A stretch of DNA of 41,814 nt, taken from an uncultured Bacteroides sp. Its GTDB lineage: Bacteria > Bacteroidota > Bacteroidia > Bacteroidales > Muribaculaceae. The position numbers and the translations under genes are program-made. The notes beneath the pieces were generated by a model. The model did no database searches, had not been told where the DNA came from, and was given only the letters and a program-made list of their open reading frames with translations. Of this stretch, positions 36,622-41,814 are shown one piece after another; the stretch's first letter is position 1, and each line of letters begins with the position of its first letter. The stretch covers positions 1-41,814 of the forward strand of contig CAZGAN010000001.1 of NCBI GenBank assembly GCA_964523655.1. The letters run 5' to 3'.

Positions 36622-37401
36622 TTATAGTGATATCTCGCCTTCGTAGACAGTTGTAGCAGGGCCGGTCATAAGCACGGTGTTGGTCGCTTCGTCCCACTCA
36701 ATCACAACTGAGCCTCCATCCATCACAACCTCACTGCGGCGTCCGGTCAATCCTTTAACCGCTGCTGCCACAGCTGTTGCACATGCTCCTGTGCCACACG
36801 CCTGCGTGATGCCGGAACCTCGTTCCCACACACGCATACGTATTTTATCCTTGCCTACAATCTGAGCAAATTCAACATTTGTGCGGTCAGCGAAATGTGG
36901 ATGATGCTCCAATTTCGGGCCAATTTCTGTTAGCGGCACCTGAGCCATATCATCAACAAACGTCACAAGATGCGGATTACCCATCGACACAACAGTGCGC
37001 TCATCCAGCGGATGTATGTCTAGCGGTTGTCCCATATCAACTGTCACTGCTGCAACCTCACCATTCTCAACGTGAAGTTTTAAAATCTTTATGCCTGAAC
37101 GTGTTTCAAGCGTGATATTTGTTTTGTCGGTAAGCTTATGGTCATATACAAATTTAGCCACACAACGACAACCGTTGCCGCACATCATTGCCTCCGAACC
37201 GTCGGCATTAAATATGCGCATGCTGAAATCTGCCACTTCCGATGCTCCAACCAAAATCAAACCATCACTGCCTATGCCGGTGTGAAATTTGCTCCATTCT
37301 ATCGCTTTTTCAACCGGATTTTCTATATTGTAGCGCTGAGTATCAACATAAATATAGTCGTTACCGGCGCCATGCATTTTCGTAAACTTAATTTTGTTCA
37401 T
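36622..37401 (-). CDS. dapF: Diaminopimelate epimerase
   Basis: [49 protein letters not shown]; ATG 37401. Confidence 0.95.
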   Translation of the reverse strand: MNKIKFTKMHGAGNDYIYVDTQRYNIENPVEKAIEWSKFHTGIGSDGLILVGASEVADFSMRIFNADGSEAMMCGNGCRCVAKFVYDHKLTDKTNITLETRSGIKILKLHVENGEVAAVTVDMGQPLDIHPLDERTVVSMGNPHLVTFVDDMAQVPLTEIGPKLEHHPHFADRTNVEFAQIVGKDKIRMRVWERGSGITQACGTGACATAVAAAVKGLTGRRSEVVMDGGSVVIEWDEATNTVLMTGPATTVYEGEISL

Positions 37402-37423
37402 TTCATTCAATCTTTAATGACCG

Positions 37424-37431
37424 CAAAGTTA
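37424..37431 (-). promoter_or_regulatory. -7 promoter element for dapF
   Basis: Minus strand reads TAACTTTG. Confidence 0.58.
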
Positions 37432-37468
37432 GCGAAAATACCCGACAAAATAAAACGCAGACTCAATG

Positions 37469-39076
37469 TTATGCCGCTCCGATATTCATTATATCTTGCT
37501 CAAATGTAGCTCTGTTTATAGCTCTTTGCTTGAGCTTATTGCGATATGCATAAACCGTGTTCACCGAATAATTAAGTATCTGGGCTATGCATGAACTATC
37601 CTCAATGCCCAAGCGCATAAATGCCAACAATCGCAAATCTGCATTCATCAGCTCACCCTCTTTGAGCTCTATTTGTGCATCTTCTCGGCATAGTTTGTTC
37701 ACTTCTTCTACAAACGATGGATAGATATGCAAAAATGCATCGTCAAACACCGCAAAAAACTCATCGCTTTGCTCTTCCATGTATTTTCCCGACTTCAGCA
37801 AACGTGTCACATCATCAACTTTTCCGGCTGCAAGCTTACGCTTCACCATCTTCGAAAACTGTGTGAGTCGATCCATATACACTGCACAAAGCGTGAGGAA
37901 CTGGCTAATATATTGTTCTTTCAGCTTATTTGATATCTCAAGATTTTCTTGTGCACTATGCTGCTTGCGCAAAGTTTTGCGTAAATAGAACGTTGTCGCT
38001 ATAAGAAGCAGCAAAAGCACCACTAGCGCCACAATCACCCACACAAGACGTGTGCGCGCAGTCTGAGCATGCTCAAGCTGCACTTCTTGCACCATCGGTA
38101 TTGCCTCTGCCGTTTGAATCATGCGTGTCCACGCATGCGACGACACGGCATTACTGAGCGCTGCATTGAGATAGCGCAAAGCACGCTCATCGTCTCCATG
38201 GTCATACATTGCCCTGCCCAAATCTTGCAACGATGGCACCTCCACTGAGCCGGCATTTATATCGCTAATCACCGATTGCACAAGGTAGTACAAACATGCA
38301 TCATCGTCATCACGACGTGCCACTATGTGCGACAACACATGAGCAGCACGCGTATGCAACTCCGTGCCAACCGACTGAGTGTTATACACATCGTGCACCA
38401 ATGCCTCTGCCATATCAGCTTTACCTATGCGCAGCAAATACTCGCCATGCTCCATGCGGTAGCGCGGCGTCTCCTTGTGCTCACTCATTGCGGCAAGCAA
38501 TCGTTTTTTGCAATTAAGTGTATTTTTGCTGTGACGCAAAGCAACATCTATATTGTTTGCATAAACAGCTGTTATTGTTGCATACATGCGGCAACCGGCA
38601 TCGTAATATTCTATCAAGTTATCGTGGTCGAAGATTGTAGTATCAACAGCCTCATACATGTCTATTGCATCTTGTGTGAGGCCTGCCACCGGCAAACGCG
38701 AAGCCAACTGCGCGCGCAGCAAACTCTGTTGCTGCGAGCCTTCTTCGGCATACGACAATGCTCTTCTATAATATTTTACGGCAGAGTCGTTATCAACTTC
38801 AACATAAGCTTTTGCCACATTTGCCAAGGTTGTGGCACTTGCTTGTTCTTTCGCCTGACGTTTCAGCGTCTTTATTGCTGATAATCGTTTGTCTAGATAT
38901 TTTTGGCGGTTTTCGAGCAAATCATCTAATTCGTCAAGTGCATCGTTGAGCGTTGTTTTATTTATGGTGACTCCAGCTCTCACGGTTTGGGGAGAAGAAA
39001 AAGCTGACAGTGTTGCTAATATTGTGAGTAACAGCAGTTTTTTTGCCGGCATTAAAAGTTTGCACAGGTAAATCAT
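37469..39076 (-). CDS. DUF6377 membrane-spanning transcriptional regulator (SusR-like)
   Basis: Signal peptide, TPR-like helical region, one TM helix, KEQYISQF, FDDAFLHIYPSFV, RLGI..S..IAQILNYSVNTVYAYR HTH. Confidence 0.88.
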   Translation of the reverse strand: MIYLCKLLMPAKKLLLLTILATLSAFSSPQTVRAGVTINKTTLNDALDELDDLLENRQKYLDKRLSAIKTLKRQAKEQASATTLANVAKAYVEVDNDSAVKYYRRALSYAEEGSQQQSLLRAQLASRLPVAGLTQDAIDMYEAVDTTIFDHDNLIEYYDAGCRMYATITAVYANNIDVALRHSKNTLNCKKRLLAAMSEHKETPRYRMEHGEYLLRIGKADMAEALVHDVYNTQSVGTELHTRAAHVLSHIVARRDDDDACLYYLVQSVISDINAGSVEVPSLQDLGRAMYDHGDDERALRYLNAALSNAVSSHAWTRMIQTAEAIPMVQEVQLEHAQTARTRLVWVIVALVVLLLLLIATTFYLRKTLRKQHSAQENLEISNKLKEQYISQFLTLCAVYMDRLTQFSKMVKRKLAAGKVDDVTRLLKSGKYMEEQSDEFFAVFDDAFLHIYPSFVEEVNKLCREDAQIELKEGELMNADLRLLAFMRLGIEDSSCIAQILNYSVNTVYAYRNKLKQRAINRATFEQDIMNIGAA

Positions 39077-39132
39077 TTCAATGATTGGTTTAGTTTAGGC
39101 TAATTTGTTAGGTATTTTGTATTTTGGTTAAG

Positions 39133-39161
39133 CAAAGGTATGCATTTTTTTTGTAATTTTG
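39133..39161. promoter_or_regulatory. Back-to-back divergent -7 elements
   Basis: Minus TACCTTTG (39140-39133) and plus TAATTTTG (39154-39161). Confidence 0.62.
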
Positions 39162-39177
39162 TCGATTATTTACGAAC

Positions 39178-40524
39178 ATGTTTCAATCTATCGCTAATTT
39201 TATAATCAATCTAGCCAATTTCGTTTGTGGCTACCCGCTGTTTTTTCTTCTCATTGGCGGCGGCTTATATCTTTTCTTTTCTTCGCGAGCGGTGTCGCTT
39301 CGGCACATACCCGCGTCGCTGCATGCCTTGCGTAGCAATAGTGGTAACTCAAGCACTGGCGAAATATCATCGCTTCAAGCTCTTCTCTCGGCCGTAGCCG
39401 GTACTGTTGGCTTAGGTAGCATTGCCGGTGTGGCTATCGCTTTAGTGATGGGCGGCCCCGGTGCCATTTTCTGGATGTGGGTGAGCGCCATGGTGGGCAT
39501 GTCTACCAAATTTCATGAGGCCACTCTTGCTATCATGTACAAAGGCCGCGACAACGAAGGTCGTCCCAAAGGTGGCATGATGTACATCATTGAGCAAGGC
39601 CTCGGCTCTAAATGGAAACCCTTAGCTCGCACTTTTGCCATTGCCGGTTTGTTTGGCACCATGTGCATCATCAATGCCAACCAGCTCACCGAAGCTGTGA
39701 CCAGCATGTGCAACATGTCTGACTCGTTCACGGCTAAGCTGATATTTGGCATACTCATGGCTTCGGTTGTTGCATTAGTAGTGCTTCGCGGTGTCACCCG
39801 CATCGCCAACGTAGCGTCAATTCTCGTACCTTTCATGGTAGGTATTTACTTCTTGATGGTACTTTACATCATAGTAACTCACATCGCTGATGTGCCAAGA
39901 GTGGTGCAATCAATCTTTGTTGAGGCTTTCAATCTAAAAGCCGGCATCGGCGCTCTAGTCGGCATAGCATTAATCGGTGCCCGACGTGCCGCTCTTGTCA
40001 ACGACGCCGGCATCGGCACAGCTTCAATCATGCACGGTGCTTCGCGCAACACCAACGCCGTGCGCGAAGGCCTCGTTGCCATGCTTGGCCCGGCTATCGA
40101 CTCCGGTTTCGTGTGCACTCTCACTGCCCTGGCGCTCATGCTCTGCGGCGACTTCGTCAACGTGCAAGGCGTGAAAGGTTTGGAAGCTGCACTGCAAGCC
40201 TTTGACAGCGCAATACCCGGCGGTGCATACCTGCTCATGGTTGTAGTAACTTGCTTTGCCATGTCGTCAATGTTCAGTTACTCATACTACGGCACCAGCT
40301 GCGCCACATATCTCTTCGGCGAGAAAAAAGCCCGATACTACACCGTGGCTTACATACTTTCTCTCGTATTCTTTGCCGTTGTGCCTCTTGAGGCGGCTGT
40401 GAGCATGTGCGACTTGTTTTACGCCTGCATGGCCTTCCCAACCATGATTACTCTAATCTTGCTCAGCAAGCGCGTGCGCGAAGTCTCTAAAGCTTACTTC
40501 AGCAAAGACAACACCGACCGATAA
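39178..40524 (+). CDS. Alanine/glycine:cation symporter family protein
   Basis: GTVGLGSIAGVA, GGPGAIFWMW, GGMMYII, NDAGIGTA, IDSGFVCTLT. Confidence 0.93.
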   Translation: MFQSIANFIINLANFVCGYPLFFLLIGGGLYLFFSSRAVSLRHIPASLHALRSNSGNSSTGEISSLQALLSAVAGTVGLGSIAGVAIALVMGGPGAIFWMWVSAMVGMSTKFHEATLAIMYKGRDNEGRPKGGMMYIIEQGLGSKWKPLARTFAIAGLFGTMCIINANQLTEAVTSMCNMSDSFTAKLIFGILMASVVALVVLRGVTRIANVASILVPFMVGIYFLMVLYIIVTHIADVPRVVQSIFVEAFNLKAGIGALVGIALIGARRAALVNDAGIGTASIMHGASRNTNAVREGLVAMLGPAIDSGFVCTLTALALMLCGDFVNVQGVKGLEAALQAFDSAIPGGAYLLMVVVTCFAMSSMFSYSYYGTSCATYLFGEKKARYYTVAYILSLVFFAVVPLEAAVSMCDLFYACMAFPTMITLILLSKRVREVSKAYFSKDNTDR

Positions 40525-40566
40525 CAGAAACTCATATAAAAATACACTTATACAAAACATACAATC

Positions 40567-41403
40567 ATGATTGCTGACTTCATTACTTGGGACGTGAACC
40601 CATTGCTTATAGATAGCTTTGTAAAAGTGCGTTGGTACGGACTTATGTTCGCCATCGGATTTTGGATTGGCTACAACATTGTTGACCGCATGTTCAAACG
40701 CGAAGGCGCTCCCGAAGAGTGGATGGGCGCTCTGCTCCTTTGGACTGTCGCCGGTACCGTTATCGGAGCCCGCCTCGGTCACGTGTTCTTCTACGAATGG
40801 GATTGGTACTCTCAACACCCCGAACACATTTGGCGCATCTGGGAAGGCGGCCTTGCCAGCCACGGCGGCACCATTGGCATCATCATCGCCATATTCTTCT
40901 ACTCTTGGATTACTACAAAACGCAGCCCGCTCTGGACTTTCGACCGTCTTGTTATTCCTATTGCTCTCGTTGGTGCAATGATTCGCTTCGGCAACCTCAT
41001 GAACAGTGAAATATATGGCTACCCAACCACTCTCCCTTGGGCATTTATATTCGTGCGCGGCAGAGAATATCCCGGCCTACCTTGCCACCCAACTCAAATC
41101 TATGAAATGATTTGCTACCTCGCTCTCTTCGGCTTGCTGATGTGGATGTACTGGCGAAAAAATGCACAAACCCGTCCCGGTCTGATTTTCGGCACATTCC
41201 TAACTCTGCTTTTCACTTCGCGTTTCTTCGTCGAATTTGTCAAAAACGACCAAGTAGCACGCGAGGCAACCATGACCTTCAACCTCGGTCAGCAACTCAG
41301 CGTGCCATTCATTCTCATTGGCATTTTCTTCATCATCAGAGCATTTAAACGTCCGCCGGTACCTTTGGTTGACGTGCGCAAAAAAAGCAACAAAGACAAT
41401 TAA
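40567..41403 (+). CDS. lgt: Prolipoprotein diacylglyceryl transferase
   Basis: VRWYGL, GARLGHV, GGLASHGG, RFGNLMNSEIYG, HPTQIYE, RFFVEF. Confidence 0.96.
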   Translation: MIADFITWDVNPLLIDSFVKVRWYGLMFAIGFWIGYNIVDRMFKREGAPEEWMGALLLWTVAGTVIGARLGHVFFYEWDWYSQHPEHIWRIWEGGLASHGGTIGIIIAIFFYSWITTKRSPLWTFDRLVIPIALVGAMIRFGNLMNSEIYGYPTTLPWAFIFVRGREYPGLPCHPTQIYEMICYLALFGLLMWMYWRKNAQTRPGLIFGTFLTLLFTSRFFVEFVKNDQVAREATMTFNLGQQLSVPFILIGIFFIIRAFKRPPVPLVDVRKKSNKDN

Positions 41404-41413
41404 ACAATCTCTC

Positions 41414-41809
41414 ATGGGTATATTTCTAAAAAAATGGGCTCTCACTATTATTGCCTTTATCACTTTTGCTTGGCTCACTCTGGCTCCGCATCCACTGCCC
41501 GACAACAACATCGGCGCCATGTTTGAAAACGCCGACAAAGTGGTCCACGCCTTAATGCTCTGGGGCATCACTTGCGCCATCATCTTCGACTACAAACGTG
41601 CCGGAAATAGTCTTTCATGGCGTGTTGCCGCTGTGATTTTCATCTCTATGATTCTCGTTTCAATTGCCGACGAACTGCTGCAAAGCGCCATGCATTTGGG
41701 CAGAACAGCCGACATACTCGACTTCCTCGCCGACACCATCGGCATCATTCTTGGCATCATCACCGCCCCAAAAATAGTAACCCGCATACTCAAGCACCTA
41801 AAACTCTAG
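41414..41809 (+). CDS. VanZ-family membrane protein
   Basis: DKVVH, DELLQ, GRTADILDFLAD; start ATG 41414 after the lgt stop. Confidence 0.85.
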   Translation: MGIFLKKWALTIIAFITFAWLTLAPHPLPDNNIGAMFENADKVVHALMLWGITCAIIFDYKRAGNSLSWRVAAVIFISMILVSIADELLQSAMHLGRTADILDFLADTIGIILGIITAPKIVTRILKHLKL

Positions 41810-41814
41810 CACTC

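Noticed and set aside
1-41814. CRISPR arrays, tRNA/rRNA, IS elements, prophage, stop-codon recoding
   Set aside because: Intergenic gaps are short and lack periodic repeats. There are no transposase or phage motifs, and genes end normally at TAA, TAG and TGA.

Overview
Chromosomal segment from a Bacteroidales genome. Evidence: TAnnTTTG promoters, SusC/SusD genes, Gln-after-signal-peptide proteins and a short T9SS-like C-terminal domain; Muribaculaceae-like is an inference. I see no rRNA, tRNA, CRISPR array, integrase or transposase. The core is an 11-gene minus-strand operon (5271-21159) that reads as a peptidoglycan/MurNAc salvage pathway: amidase, GT2, DUF4922, SpoIID/LytB, AmpG, NamZ, Fe-S D-lactate dehydrogenase, MurT-like membrane protein, MurK, MurQ and SGNH esterase. 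It resembles the Tannerella forsythia salvage locus as I recall it. Points of interest are a lactate-oxidising enzyme, an O-acetylesterase, an AmpG with a ~200-aa extracytoplasmic insert and an unexplained HxHxQ nucleotidyltransferase/GT2 pair. Divergent from it are a second, motif-altered kinase and a tail-less SSB. The rest holds an AAA/DUF4143 ATPase, a patatin-barrel protein, a T9SS cargo, tandem NSS transporters, a beta-propeller, an M3 peptidase, an enzyme-free SusC/SusD cassette with two FN3 lipoproteins, dapF, a DUF6377 regulator, an alanine symporter, lgt and a VanZ-family gene. Non-coding signals include a 15-bp perfect inverted repeat and a 10-mer (TATTCATAGC) shared by two 3' UTRs. 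All family calls come from motif recognition by eye, not database searches.
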